Origin: Antedon mediterranea
Taxonomy: Eukaryota > Animalia > Echinodermata
Reading direction: 5' to 3'
Length of the DNA stretch: 64,000 nt
Assembly: GCF_964355755.1 (NCBI RefSeq)
Contig: NC_092670.1
Location: 32,910,388-32,974,387 of the forward strand
How positions within the stretch are numbered: the first letter of the stretch is position 1; each line of letters starts with the position of its first letter. The position numbers and the translations under genes are program-made. This document shows, one piece after another, positions 1-13,600 of the stretch. Below the pieces are notes generated by a model. It did not search any database. It saw only the letters and a list, made by a program, of their open reading frames with translations, and was not told where the DNA came from.

Positions 1-3000
1 TGTTTAAAGTGTTTACTCGATCGTTGAAAGTTGAAGTTGATTTAAATTAAAGCTTTGTTTTTGAGTTATTTTACAATTTTGTGAATTTTATGTCACAAGG
101 GAGTTCCTAAAGTATTTCAACCGCTCGAAAACATACGTAAAGGGAGTTAATGACCTAATTTGGTGGCAGCGGTGTTCGACCTAATTTGTTGGCAGCGGTT
201 ATTTCTATCTACTGTTCGATCGATTTAACTGTGGATTTATCTAAAGTTGTGATATTTTGTGGTAGCAGTGCTTTTTATCTACTGTATTGTGCCATAGATT
301 GGTGGCTGTTTTAGGATCAACTGTACAGTTATTGATATATTTTGTGGAAACGGTACTTACGATACTGTGATATTTTATGGAAGCCGAGGTGCTACGTTTT
401 GTTTAATCGTAAGTACACAAACATTGTCTTAAGAACAGTACATTATTATATTTGGAATAGTAGACTTGTGAACGTCTCGGTAACTACGATTAACTAGTAA
501 CAAGACCCCCATCCAGATTTAAAATATGGCTGATAAACAATCAACAACAAGATCCAGTAGAGAATACAGCGGCGGCGATGAATCTTATTCTGATGTAGAA
601 TCGGTCCAGGCATTACAACCTGAACAGCAGACACAAGAGTCTGGACCAACCAGTGGACATAACCCTACAGGGGCTGACTCATTTTCAAAATATGTTTTGT
701 TGTTGATGCAGAAGATGATGGAACACACCCGAGAACGTATTACGTCGGGAAGATATTGAGAAACAAGAACGTTTACGTCAAGAAGATAATGAAAGACGTT
801 GGGAAGATATTGAGAAACAAGAACGTTTACGTCAAGAAGATATGGTAAAACATAAAGAAGAAATGGAAAGACAAGAACCTTTACGTAGAGAAGATATGGA
901 GAAACAGCAAGCAGTACTAGTAATGGCGTTAATGGATAAGATTGCAAAACTTTCTGATAGTGATGATATTGAAAATTAATTATCTTACTACGTTTGAACG
1001 AATTTCTAGCACCTATGAGTGGCGAAAAAACACTGGGTAGTAAAACTGATACCACATTTGACAGGCAAAGCAAGAGCAGCCTATGCATAACTACCAGTGA
1101 CAGAAAGTAACCAGTACGACATAGCGAAGAAAGCAATATTACAAAGGTATGACTTAACTGAAGAGACATAAAGGTTTAGGTCAATTAAAAAGAAAAGTGA
1201 AGAAATTTATAGAGAAATGTTTGTTGGGTTGAAAGATTTATTTACAAAGTGGGCTAAGCCTGCTGATATAAGCAAAGATGATTTAGCAGAAATTATTATT
1301 TTAGAGCAATTGATAGATATTATGCCCACAGGGGTACAAATATGGGTTAAAGAACATAAACCAGATTCTGGATTAAATGCTGCGGAATTAGCAGATAATT
1401 ATTTTCAAGCTAGGAAAGGTATCGATTTTGAGGAAAAGTTTCAAAATAGAAAACACGAAAATAGAAACAACCAGGAGAAAACAGTGAAAGGCACTCCTGA
1501 AGTTGACAGTAAGGGTAATAATAATCCCCCGGATAACTTTCAGAAATTACAATCTGACGCTAGACAACCTCTCGTTTGTAGACGGTGCAAAAAAATAGGC
1601 CATATTGAACGATTTTGTCGAAGTAAGGATGGCTTTTTGTCGACAAAGACAGATACTGTTTCAAAACCATGTACACCTTACATTTGTAGAGGCATAGTTG
1701 AAGGATGTGATTGTGAAATTTTGATAGACTCTGGATGTGACATGACACTTGCTCATTTTGATTTAGTAGCGGCTAAGAAAATTAATCACGCGAAGCAAGC
1801 TAAAATTACATGCAGGTGCGTTCTTGACCATGTCCAAACTTATCCTACTGCATTCGTAAATATTAAGGTTAATAACGAAGACCATCATTTGTGGGTTGGC
1901 GTTTTCAGCTATTTACCAAGAGATGTAATTCTTGGTAGAAACTTGCCTAATTTCGGAGAGTTGCCTAATTTTGGAGACTTATTATGGAAGGTGAATAAGC
2001 ATCATGATAGGCATAATTTTGTTGCCACTAGAGTTCATGCCAGTAAAGAAAAATTAAGAGATGGAAACGAATTAAATTCGGAAAAAGCTTCTGGGGTTAT
2101 TCCACGTCAGTGATGTCAGATGATGTGGTTAATTTTCAAGAAGAATTTGGACATTTAGACGGCCAACTACTCAGTGACAACCCTCCCAAGAAAGAAGTTC
2201 ATAAAACCAGTGAAAAACGAAAAGTTAGGAAAGAGTTTGCAAAGCTAAATCTAGCCAAGATAGTGAATTAGACATTTTAGATATTGGCAGGGATAAAATT
2301 AAGGATTATCAGGTTAAGGATAGAACTTTAATTCAACTTCAAGAACAGATGTTATTACAGAAAGATGACGATTCTATAAAGATAGTCTGTAAGGATGGAA
2401 TTTTATTTAGGCAGGTTTTTACTAAACACCTGACAGAACGAATAGAGCAATTAGTAGTTCCATACCCTTGCCGTAATAGTGTTTTAAAAGTTGCACATGA
2501 TATTTCATTGACAGAGCATTGTAAAGCCTCAAAGTATAAAACTAAATTTAAGGACTTTATGATTCCTATGTCAGTAATTAGTGAACCATTCCGACAAATT
2601 TACATGAAAATTATTAGTTTTCATTAATAATTATGTTCTATGTTATTATGGCGTATCTAAGTTTTATAGAGTAGGAGTGGGTTAACTTTTGCCACGTCCG
2701 TCTATACTAGCCCCTCAAAACTCCAAGAAAGAGTTTTGAGCTCAAAAAGAGGGGGGAGTGTAATAAATTACCATTCCTAACAAATACACAGTAGCATATT
2801 GTTTACATGAACATTCTAGAATAAGAGTATGTTTAGATTTAAGAAACGATGTATAATTATTATAAGAACAATCAGGAACATACCAGAAGTGCTATTAATA
2901 GAAACTGTAATCCAATAGAGTAAGAAGTATAAGGAATGATCTAGAAGGTTATGAACATATTGTATATAAGGGAAGTATGACAACAATTGTAAGAAGTGAG

Positions 3001-3381
3001 AAGGATTTTTGATTGAAGCATTTATTTTGAAGAAGGTTGGATATTAGAAGTTGGATATTCGATTGTAAAAGTTAAAAAAAAGTTTTAAGTGCTTACTGGA
3101 TTGTTGAAAGTTGAAGTTGTTTGAAATTAAAGCTTTTTTTAAAATTTATTTTACAGCTTTGTAGATTTTTTGTGTATATTTTATGTCACAAGGGAGTTCC
3201 TAACGTATTTTCAACCGCTCGGAAACATACGTAAAGGGAGTTAATGACCTAATTTGGTGGCAGCGGTGTTCGACCTAATTTGTTGGCAGCGGTTATTTCG
3301 ATCTACTGTTCGACTTAACTGTGGATTTATATAAAGTTGTGATATTTTGTGGTAGCAGTGCTTTTGATCTATTGTATTGTG
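1..3381 (+). mobile_element. Degenerate, internally deleted Gmr1-like (SCAN-domain) Gypsy LTR retrotransposon
   Basis: Bases 1-290 recur at about 3085-3381. PBS TGGTGGCAGCGGTG at 161-174 is complementary to the tRNA-Leu 3' end. Polypurine tract AAAAAGAGGGGGGAG precedes TG at 2759, the start of the 3' LTR. Gag, protease and integrase remnants lie between; RT and RNaseH are missing. Confidence 0.85.
526..2627 (+). pseudogene. Broken gag-pol: SCAN domain, CCHC knuckle, aspartic protease, integrase N-terminus
   Basis: ORF 1217-2113 has SCAN-like LEQLIDIMPTGVQIWVKEHKPDSGLNAAELADNY, CRRCKKIGHIERFC and LIDSGC. ORF 2349-2627 has integrase-like EQLVVPYPCRNSVLKVAHD and ISEPF. Multiple stops and frameshifts. 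Confidence 0.85.
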
Positions 3382-3969
3382 ATAATATAATAAGATAAGT
3401 TATATAGGAAGCAAAGCATGATTACAGTTTTAAAAGGAATTTTAGTTGTACATTATACATGTATACTTAAATTTAATGTGTATACAAATATAACACCATA
3501 AGAATGTGTGTGTAAGTTAAGAAGAAAGTGTAAAAAATCTATATTCTCTGAATGTATGTATAAATGGAAAGAATAAAGGTGGGACACACCCACCAAAGAG
3601 ACAAAAAAGGGAGTAAATGCTCATCAAATTGTAAAGAAATAGTTTTTATCCAATGAAGGAGTTAAGTGATTGATACATGTACGGCCAACGGGTAGAACAA
3701 TTATCATTATTATAAATGAAATCAGCGAAAAATAACTCTGTTTCTACTTCTACAACCAGAACAGATAATAAATTCCACTGAAATAAGGTACAATGAAATT
3801 AATATGATCTCACTCACTTTTCGACGGCATATCCTTAACATGCGTATCAAAAAAACAGCTATATTGAGAAATGAACAACACCACCACCAACAACAACACT
3901 ATCTTAAAAACCAACAACTATAACACTAACAACAACATTTATATGTATTTAACATAATGTTATAGAATA

Positions 3970-4082
3970 AGAAGGCCATATATGGATGCAGTCGCGTGCT
4001 CAAGTTAGTGTTTACCGACCAACCGACCGACAAACCGACCGAGATAGTGAGCTGTAAAGTCACGTTGCATGCGACTAAAAAT
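3970..4082 (+). repeat. Short dispersed Helentron/HINE-like repeat (other copies at about 7765-7870, 49220-49750 minus, 59283-59385 minus)
   Basis: Shared AAGGCCATATA...GCAGTCGCGTGCTCA...GTGTTTACCGACC(GACC)n...GACTAAAAA structure in four places. The family assignment is inferred from the microsatellite core and T-rich insertion sites. Confidence 0.55.
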
Positions 4083-5738
4083 TGAACTATCCAGCTATGA
4101 AGAGAAATGAACAACGTGGACAACGACAACACCACCACCGACACCACCACAACCAACATCACCAACAATAGGGGCTTTTCGTTAAAAGACTGTTCATGGT
4201 CAGGGCTTTTTGTCGCCATAATGGGACGCAATGGTGTTGCATGATTCATTAATGTTAAGTAAAATATCGTATGGTGGCCAGTCCTTATATGGAAAGTCTA
4301 TATTGAGGACAATATCGCTCTCAACGGTCTATATCAAACCACTATTGGACATTTTTTTTTTGCAAATGGTCACGTAGCAGATGTATTGGTGACTCTGTAG
4401 CATGTAACTAAAACAATTACTCCTGATTATCAGTTCATTTGTACAATTAATTATTTTGCACACGTTTACATACATTAAAAGGTCGACTTTATTACGTGAT
4501 GAACAATTTTTATTTTAACAAACACCATTTTAATAATCTTTAAAATACTCACCTCAGCCATAAGCATAACTGGTTGAGAAAATTATATGTTCCTAAAACT
4601 GCAATATACAGAACTGATTTCAAATATGATTTCAAAAGATGGATCCTATTTTAAGTAAGTAAAACTTCTATTCTGTTGTTATTAGAGAAATAAAATAATG
4701 AAAGATTGCAACATACCTTTACGGTTTGTTTTTTTTTTTTTTAACTATAAACAGTAATATTGAACACTAGTTATAAGTAATACAGTTCTTGTGATTTTTC
4801 TAGTTTAACAACTTGTTTACCCTTTCAAAATAATTAAGGTTCTAATTAGATAATTAAAAAATGTATCGTTATTCTCCCGGCACCCCACGGGTGCTGGGGA
4901 ATTTAAATGTATGTTTATGTTGTGATTTCAACAGTTTTTCTTCATCAAAATGAGCTATTCGACAGGCAGTGGTACCATTCTGGATTTTCTGGATTAAAAC
5001 ACAAAAAAAAGATTATTATAAATGATTATTTGATATCAGAAACTCAGCAAACATAATTGCGATCATTACCGTCACAACGCACACTCTTTAGAAAAAATAC
5101 CCATCTAGTAATAAAACCCCCATTGTAATTTACAGCCATGTCAGCAACTATCACCATCCCTCATCATAAATACAATCGAACCGCAACAATCACAACCAGT
5201 CACCTGAGCCTCTTCAATCAACAACACATCCAGGACAACATTAGGTTTAAAATTCAGCGAGTTTGATACGACGAAAATACTTCCTAACCATCTTTGGACT
5301 AAAACAGCCTTTCTAAAATCTAGACTCATCCACCACTAACATCATCCCTTGGTATCTGCAATTAACATCCATTGATATCCCATCATCAATGCAATCAGCA
5401 TCCAACCAGCTTAAAGAGACGGGGATGGGTCCTCTAAAAACGTACCTGTTTTGAAGGCGTCGCAGCGTCTTTGATACGCGGATAAACGACGTCACATTGA
5501 TGCCACCAGATATCGATCTTTGACACTGGGAGTGTCTGCTTCTTAATGTTCTTCTTGCTGCTAATAATAAGATCAATGTTAAGAAGAAGCACGTTTAGAG
5601 ATTAACAACATATTTATATATCAATGTTGAATATTAAATCGGTAACAACAAGAAATGTAACTATTATCAGTCCGTGGATATCAAATCGTCAACTGAACTC
5701 TCAGTCTCTTGATTTATACTTGGTAGTAAATTACACAC

Positions 5739-8329
5739 CTTCAACCATAATCAAGAAATTGCAGCTTCCACTATTTCTAGATGGATCCTTAACATCGAAC
5801 ACAAACCGGTGACTTCCAATCTCAAGAACAGCGGGAAATACATCTACTGGATCTGGAGAGATTTTCAATGGATTGTCTGAGTTGTCAGTTGCAATTATAT
5901 CGGCTGAATAATCAACAGTGGCCGTGAGTTTACCGAAATCAGTGACTACAGTAACATTTTCATTCGGACATGTCAAACTTGGCCTTTCCATATCTATGAA
6001 AACAAAAGAAAAATAAACAAATGACTTGATTTTAATACGGTGTATATCCATCCTAACAAAAAATATATTAGGTAGTATTTTACTATACCTTGAACCAATA
6101 TTGTAAAATTGCAGCTCCTTCTGTTATTAGAAGCATCCGTAACACTGAATAAAAACAAATGACTTGCAATCTCAAGAACAGCGGGAAATACATATACTGG
6201 ATTTGGATAGATTTTCAATGATTCGTCTGAGTTGTCGGTTGCACTAATATCGGTTGAATAGTCAACGGTGGCCGTTGGTTTACCGAAATCAGTGACGACA
6301 GTCAAATTGTCAGCCGGGCATTTCAGAACAGGATCTTCCGTATCTATGAATGCAATTTATAATAAATGAAATTTAAACACATTATACGATGTATATATAA
6401 ATCCAGTCTAGCAACAACAATACTAGGTAGTGTTTCACTGTACCTTCAACCAATATTGTAAAATTACAGCTCTCGTTATTGTTACAAGCATTCTTAACGT
6501 CGAATACAAACAGGTGACGTCCAATCTCAAGAACAGCGGGAAATACATCTACTGGATTAAGAGAGATTTCCAATGGTTCGTCTGAGTTGTCAGTTGCAAC
6601 AATGTCGGTTGAATAGTCAACAGTGGCAGTTGGTTTACCGAAATCAGTGCCTACAGTCAAATTGTCAGCCGGGCAGGTCAAAACAGGCTTTTCGAAATCT
6701 AAACAAATTACAAATAATTCAGAGTTTGTCCGGTACGCCTATATGAAAGAAACACATTTTTTAAACGATTGACGTGGTAAAAATTAGCGGATTTGTTAGA
6801 CGACAAAATTAGTATGATAATTTTATGAATGGGTGTACTTACACTTTTCACATATAGCTATCCTATTATCGGAACATGATATATCATTCCAAGTACCATT
6901 TTTATTTTCCACTATAACAACACAATCTTCACCACCTGTTTTGTCGTTTGGTTCATAAGTAAGCCTATACCAATCTAAAGGATCGGATAGTGTTGAATAA
7001 TAACTAGAGGATTTTGCGCTCAAATGTTGACTTTTAGTCCCACATATAAACTTTTGATGTTGAAAGGAAACTTCGTAGTAAGTACTGTTTATTTTGTATC
7101 TTATATATCTTACTAGATGGATTAAAACGGCAAATAAAATATCTATATATAAGGATCTATAACTATAACGTTTGAAAATAATATTTTTGTTAAATATCTT
7201 ATTTGACTTTTCTGACGCAAAAAAAAATTATTTTACAAAATACATGCAACATACTTGTATAATTTAAACTGCTTCCTGACAACCATACAAATTCGCCTTC
7301 TGTTTTGATGTCATTGTAGCCAATCCAAGCAGCGTTTGGCGTAGAATTTTCAGCAGCTTCAAGTCGTGCAAGTATCCACGAGTTTTCGTTTTCATTTGCA
7401 ATTTCTACCAAATCACCATTGAAACTCTGGCATGTATTTCTCATTGAATCCATTGTACCAACTGTACATGTAATCAAATAGCATTTAGTGGTTTCATCGT
7501 AATAGCTCCATCCATTTTGACACCCTGAAAATGGAATTGTTCTAATAGTTCTACATGACCCTACTATTTACCTACGAACATTACTATAGACTAGTCAGTA
7601 TACATTCTTTTAAGAATTAGATAATACAGTAATACAAGTGACAACATGAGACTAAACCGTTTTTCGACCTAATAAAATACTATGTATCACAAACATATGC
7701 ATCCCTTAAAAAGATAATTTCTTGGCACATATGAAGTTTCATACATGTAATACTAAACAATTTATACAAGGCCATATACATGGCTGCAGTCGCGTGCTCA
7801 AATTTGAGTTAGTGTTTACCGACCGACCAACCAACCGACATAGTGAGCTGTAGAATCGCGGGACTAAAAATGAAGACTGGTTGAACAACACAGACAAAAA
7901 CAATAATTACAGACATGGTGCAGGTCTAGTGAAAATATGTATTATTTAAAATTTAGAAGTAGTAGAATAAAAACTTTAATTTTCCTGTTTTAGATTTATC
8001 TTGCTGATCGAAAAGCTTAGAAATTTGAAAATTAGTAGAGAATACATTTTTGTTTTATGCCTAAATTTTAGAAGCATTTTAAAAGTTTATAAAAAAGATA
8101 CAGAATGGATTTTGGTTCAAACTTCACAAAAAATGTAAGTGACATTGTTGACAAGGTCTCACCTTTAGTTACACTAAACTAGGATTATAAATGCAATAAG
8201 ACAAACGTTCGGAGGCATAGTGGGCTCCTAACATAACATTTAATAACCATTATTTCAAAACTCACCATCACAAATGACGTAATGTGTAACAAACAAAATT
8301 AGCAGTAATATACGTCCTCTTGGTCCCAT
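5739..8329 (-). CDS. Receptor paralog A, 5' exons: signal peptide, C-type lectin, 3 HYR domains (probable adhesion GPCR continuing leftwards)
   Basis: GT-AG exons with compatible phases: 8266-8329 (MGPRGRILLLILFVTHYVICD), 7255-7524 and 6843-6974 (CTL: CQNGW...AWIGYND...EPN...C...WNDISC), and 6444-6698, 6089-6343, 5739-5993 (255-nt HYR exons). Clearly paralogous to gene B. Downstream exons not resolved. Confidence 0.85.
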
Positions 8330-8689
8330 TTTTACAACTAAAATACTTCATAAATGTCAGATGAAGACAATATAACACCGCTATTGGATGGAAATAAAAT
8401 TATACTTAATAAAACGTAAATAACAATTAAAAATATTATACTATATTGTCATTAATTTTATTTATGAGAGATCTTCTTCTTCTAAAGTTACAATATCCAC
8501 GCCACATCAGCTCATATCATTCTATTAATCACATTAGTAAAAATATGATTGCAACAGAAGAATTGATAACACAATTACTACACCATTTAAATTTTACAAA
8601 ATTCATATTAGTGTATCTGTTCCATCAATAATTTAATAATAGTCCAGGAGACACACTCACCGGTAGAAATCTAATAGCAAGCATCTATA

Positions 8690-9657
8690 TATAAATCATG
8701 GTTAATTCTTACATGGGCGAGCGCAATGGAAAATCTTCCTATTTGATTACCTACCTTATATATCTCAGATGTACCGCGAAACGTAGATTTTATAACAATA
8801 GTTTCCACTATTACGATATTGTTCCATATTTCTATCTTAGGAATATATTATAAAGGGTTTTAACACTGAATTTCTTATTTCCTCGGTAGACTTTCAATTA
8901 AATTTCAATTGTGCGCGGTCCAAGTAATTTCCGGGTTTACGATGAGTTCACCGTTTACGGATCTTCATCTTGCCACTTCCTGGTTCAACTAAGTTGGCTG
9001 TTACTGGCTATAGCCATTTTAGTTTTTGTTTACTTTCGGATCGGACCGGGCGTGTGAAGATACAGTAGTTTAAAAATAAAAATTATAATGAAAATTAATA
9101 AAGATCAAATTAAATATACGCCATAAAGCATCGGAGTATATTGTGGGGAATAGTATTATAAAATTACATAGGGAGATCTAATGATAAGCGTCTTTCTTTG
9201 TGGGCCGAAACGGCCCACTCTGTCGCGGAAGTTAGTTACAAAAGATGTTTAAATTAGATAATGTATTAATTATTAGGATGGTATTTGAATAAACGCCCAA
9301 AACGTCCCCAATAAAAATATTACTTTGAATAATAACGCCCTCACCTCCAATCCAACTAAATAATAAACACTATATTTAAAATGTTATTATTCATCTAAGA
9401 CACTGTGAAACAGAGTAGGTTTAGTTTTACGAATCCTCCGCACTATAAAAGGGCCCTACCAAACAATAAACACTATACTTTAAAATGAATAGGTTTAGTT
9501 TTACGAATTTTAAGCATTTTCAATAATGGTAAACCGATAGAAAACGTACAAGGAGAACGTCCTACTAAAACCTTTTTACCCGAATCATTATCATTCCGAG
9601 AACCATCGTCTACACTTCCTAGAGAGGGGAGGGAGCGAAGTGATCTTACCCTCTAGT
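8690..9657 (+). repeat. Dispersed non-autonomous Helitron-like family (related copies at about 17300-17642 continuing 25168-25210, 29575-29770, 53090-53330 minus, 60445-61773)
   Basis: Shared AGACACTGTGAAACAGAGTAGG...GAGAACCATCGTCTACACTTCCTAGAG block ending in a GC-rich hairpin and CTAG|T, which resembles a Helitron 3' end. Confidence 0.55.
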
Positions 9658-10686
9658 GTATGTAATTATTGATAACCGTCGTTCAAATAAAAGGTGAGAC
9701 TGAACCTACACAAACGAGTTGTTCTGTTAAGTGTATTTCAATACTTCTCACTTATAGAAGCTTCGGAAGTTTAAAACATTAATGAGTAAGTAGTATTATT
9801 CTGAGTAAAACAATAGTTATGCCAACTGGTCTTTTAACTTTTCGAATGGATTCTGTCAACGCTAATTTGGCTGGAGTGTCCATCGGAAGCCTTAGCATGT
9901 CCGGTCCATTTGTATTTTCTTTTCCTTATTATGTTTGACCATTTCAGTTCTTCCCTAGGTTGGTTCTTTACATTTTTTTTGGTAAATGGTAGATAACAGT
10001 GCGATGAATTCTACTACAAATAGTACACGGCAGTTTCAAACGCGATATCCGAGACAAAAAGTGTTTACAACGCGCTTTTGATTGATACGCCTGGCGCGAG
10101 CCTTGAGCAGCTATTTATAGCCCACCAACATCGAGCGAAATGTTTACATTAGCTAGCTATAAACAGAGAGTGTATCATACGAAGTAAATACAGTCTTACA
10201 ATGACAAATTAATAAAGTTTTCCTCGAATCTTACAGTGTTTGCTTTATTATTGTATTTTGTATTAGGGAAAATTGTCTAGGATTAAAAAATATTATTAAA
10301 AAAGCGAAATTTTAACGATGTTTGCGATAGTTTCAAAAGCTGAAAATATACATAAATAGCGCCCTCACGGCGAAAGTTTATCGTCGCGGTAAGTTCAAGC
10401 TTTTGATCGTCTGATAGCAAATCTCTGCAATTTTTTCGAGCAACACCGTTAATTCCAAGTGAAAGCGGAGACTTTATTCTTTATTTAGCTCAAAATTCAG
10501 GCTGACGTCTACTTTCAAATTGATTTGAGCTAAATTTGAAATTGACTTATTTCTGTTCAAAATTCCAGTGATTTTATAGGTAAAAATAGGCCTAGGGCAA
10601 AGTTAATTATATATTTTTTAAAGAATTGTGTATTGGTTTTGCATTGACTGTATGTGGTATGTTACTGTTATTTATTGTCTTGTGAA

Positions 10687-13600
10687 ATGGAGTACCATAC
10701 ATATGCATTGAGTAATTTATGTCGTGTATGTGGTGTCAAGTTAACACGAAATCAGCGAAAATTTGACCTAACTAAAGTAAAAGATAGCGTCCTGACATTT
10801 TTAAATATCGATTTAACCCATGAAAACAAAGATGTACATCCACCATTCATTTGCAAGAACTGCCAATTTTCAAGCTATAACAAGGTTAGCACAACTCAAA
10901 GGTACATCTGGAGACAACACACACAACAATCATGTTTCACATGTTATTTATTATCAGAACAGTCAAAACCAGGTAAGAGACTAAAACAAGTAAAACTCAA
11001 CACATTATTTTCTGAAACAGAATGTGACGTTATTCCATCAAAATTTACAGTCAATGACAAAATCAATTCTGAACCTTTCATTTGCCAAATATGCAACTCG
11101 ATTTTGTCTTTCAACAGTCTTGAGTCAAACTGTTCACATCACTATTGTTCTAGTTGTATGTATAATTTGTTTAGTACCCTCCATGTTAACGTATGTTCAT
11201 GTCTTGTGTGCGCAAAGCCAATGCACATGCTGGAATTTAAACCCGCCTCCCAAATTGTAATAGAGTCTCTAAAATCACTAGAATTACAATGCTCGTGCAA
11301 TAAGTTCATAAAATACTCTCAACATCAGAGACATATTTGTGAACACCAGACAACTAAAGAAGTGGTTTATCATAATGTTTCAAAAGCTGTATCAGTGTTA
11401 GAGAAATCACTAGAAGATAGTCATGTCTCCCAAACAATACAAACGTTTGCAGAAAAAGTTGTTTACAATCAACTAAAGAAAAGTAAGGAAATGCTGATTG
11501 CAACAAATGGTCGGGTGAGTGCTTTAAAACAAATTCTGTAATTATCATATTGCATGTTATAAAAAGTAGATTAATATTATTATAACAGAATTGTTAGCAT
11601 AAAACATACAAATACAATTCCTATCTACAGCCAGCAAAGATTGCTATCATACCAAACACCAAAGTCTCAAGTGATAAGGCCAGTTCTCGAACTGTTTCAA
11701 GACGAGCAAATAGCATCAGCAGCATCATAAAATCAGTTGGCAATAGTGAGGCTGGTGATTTCCATCAAAAAGTGTACTCAGCCAAACATATGAGTCAAGC
11801 GGTCTTAAAAGCAGCCAACATAGCATCAACTTCGTCTATAGATACAGATAAGGCTCTGGCAATGGTGTCAGACTGCCATCTGGCATGGAACCAGCTACGA
11901 AAGCTAAGAAGGTAAACAAACAATTATGTGATTAAATAAAACCATGCATGAATACAGGCATTTTAGACACAGTCAAGTATGTCTAGTAATAAAGCGAGAC
12001 TACATTATTAATCCTTTTTATGTACTAGATATGTGGAGAAGGGGACAATACCATCAGAGAAAAGGATGCGGCAGCGGCAAAATGATCTCATTGGGGATTA
12101 TTTTGAATCCACAATGGAAATGCTATGTTTTAGGTCTGAGACGTCCCCAGACGGGATAGAATTAAGATCAACGCCTACTGTCAAACTGAAAAACATTAAA
12201 AAAGTTGTATTTTCATATCTTGATGAACACTCAAGGTACGCTGAAGTTAAATTTTAATATGTGCTTACAAAGTGTAGAACTTACTTTTTAGGACTTTACT
12301 TTTGTTCCTATGGATTTGCTATGGAAATAAAAGTTAAAAGAAATTAATTAAAAACTGAATTAATATTTACTAAATTTTTTTACAGACTGAACAACCTATC
12401 TCCCAATAATAACGAGATTTGGATAAAGTTTGGCGGGGATAAGGGAGGTGGAAGTACCAAATTTGAGGTACAGATATGTAGCCTCGCCAAACCAAATTCA
12501 ATTAACAACATCATCGTCGTACTAATATTTGATGCCCCTGACATGATGTTTAATATTAACCGGACTCTTCCGGAAGTGGCCCACCAAGTTGTTGCTTTGA
12601 ACGGGGAAAAATGGCGGTAAGAATACAACTAGTATATCAACTTAATTATGTGGATGCGTATACAAGTAATAAAATAAAAATATATGTATAATTTCTTTCA
12701 GCAATTACACACTGAGAGTTTTCTGTTTTGGGGACTATGAGTATCTAACAAAACTCTATGGATTAAATGGACCAAATGGTAAACTATTAAATTATTTTAT
12801 CATTATTTAATTTATACAAAATCTTTCTAAGCCAATTAAAAAAATGCTAAAATATGCAGTAATACAGTATAAATAAAATTTTTATTTATACTGTATTACT
12901 GCATATTTTAGCATTTTTAAACATTGTGAAAAAATTTGAATACTTTTAGCTCGATACTGCTGTCTCTTTTGTGAAAAACCAAAAGCAGAAATGCAATTAA
13001 AGGCACCACCCGCCAAACAGCGATCATTGGCTTCAATCAGAGCCAACTATAGAATGTTTATGGAAGATGGCGGAATTGAAAGCCGATCTAAGGATGTTTC
13101 CATGAGCGTTGTTAATAATCCCTTAGTATCAATTGAGGTAGATCATGTAAGTACATCAGTTTTGTTTTTAATTATCTTTATATTAGAGAAACAAATGTAC
13201 TTACTTCATTATATGGCACTGTTGGTATTAAAATTTATATCTTTTAGGTGTCTGTTCCTAGCCTGCACTTGTCATTGGGCATATTCAAGAAGCTCTTTGA
13301 TATGCTTGAGACGGAGGCGCACAGCATAGATTGCCTCATATATTCCCTAAGGAAAAATGGAGAACTTGATGACACTTCTGAATCAAAGTTTGATAAAATA
13401 ATTCAACATCAGATCCAAACACAAATTGATATCAAAGAAAAGATTGAAGAAAAGAAATTAAAGTTGACTGAGATGGAGGATGCAATGCCATTAATCTATC
13501 TTAAAGGAAGTGTTGATGGTAGCATCATTACCAATGTGGGAAAGATAGTCAAATTGAGAGAAGAGATTGAGTCACTGGTAAGTTACTCAAACAATAAATG

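Noticed and set aside
5141-5576. Two minus-strand ORFs as further exons of gene A
   Set aside because: No recognisable domain, a stop between them and no convincing splice sites; origin unresolved.
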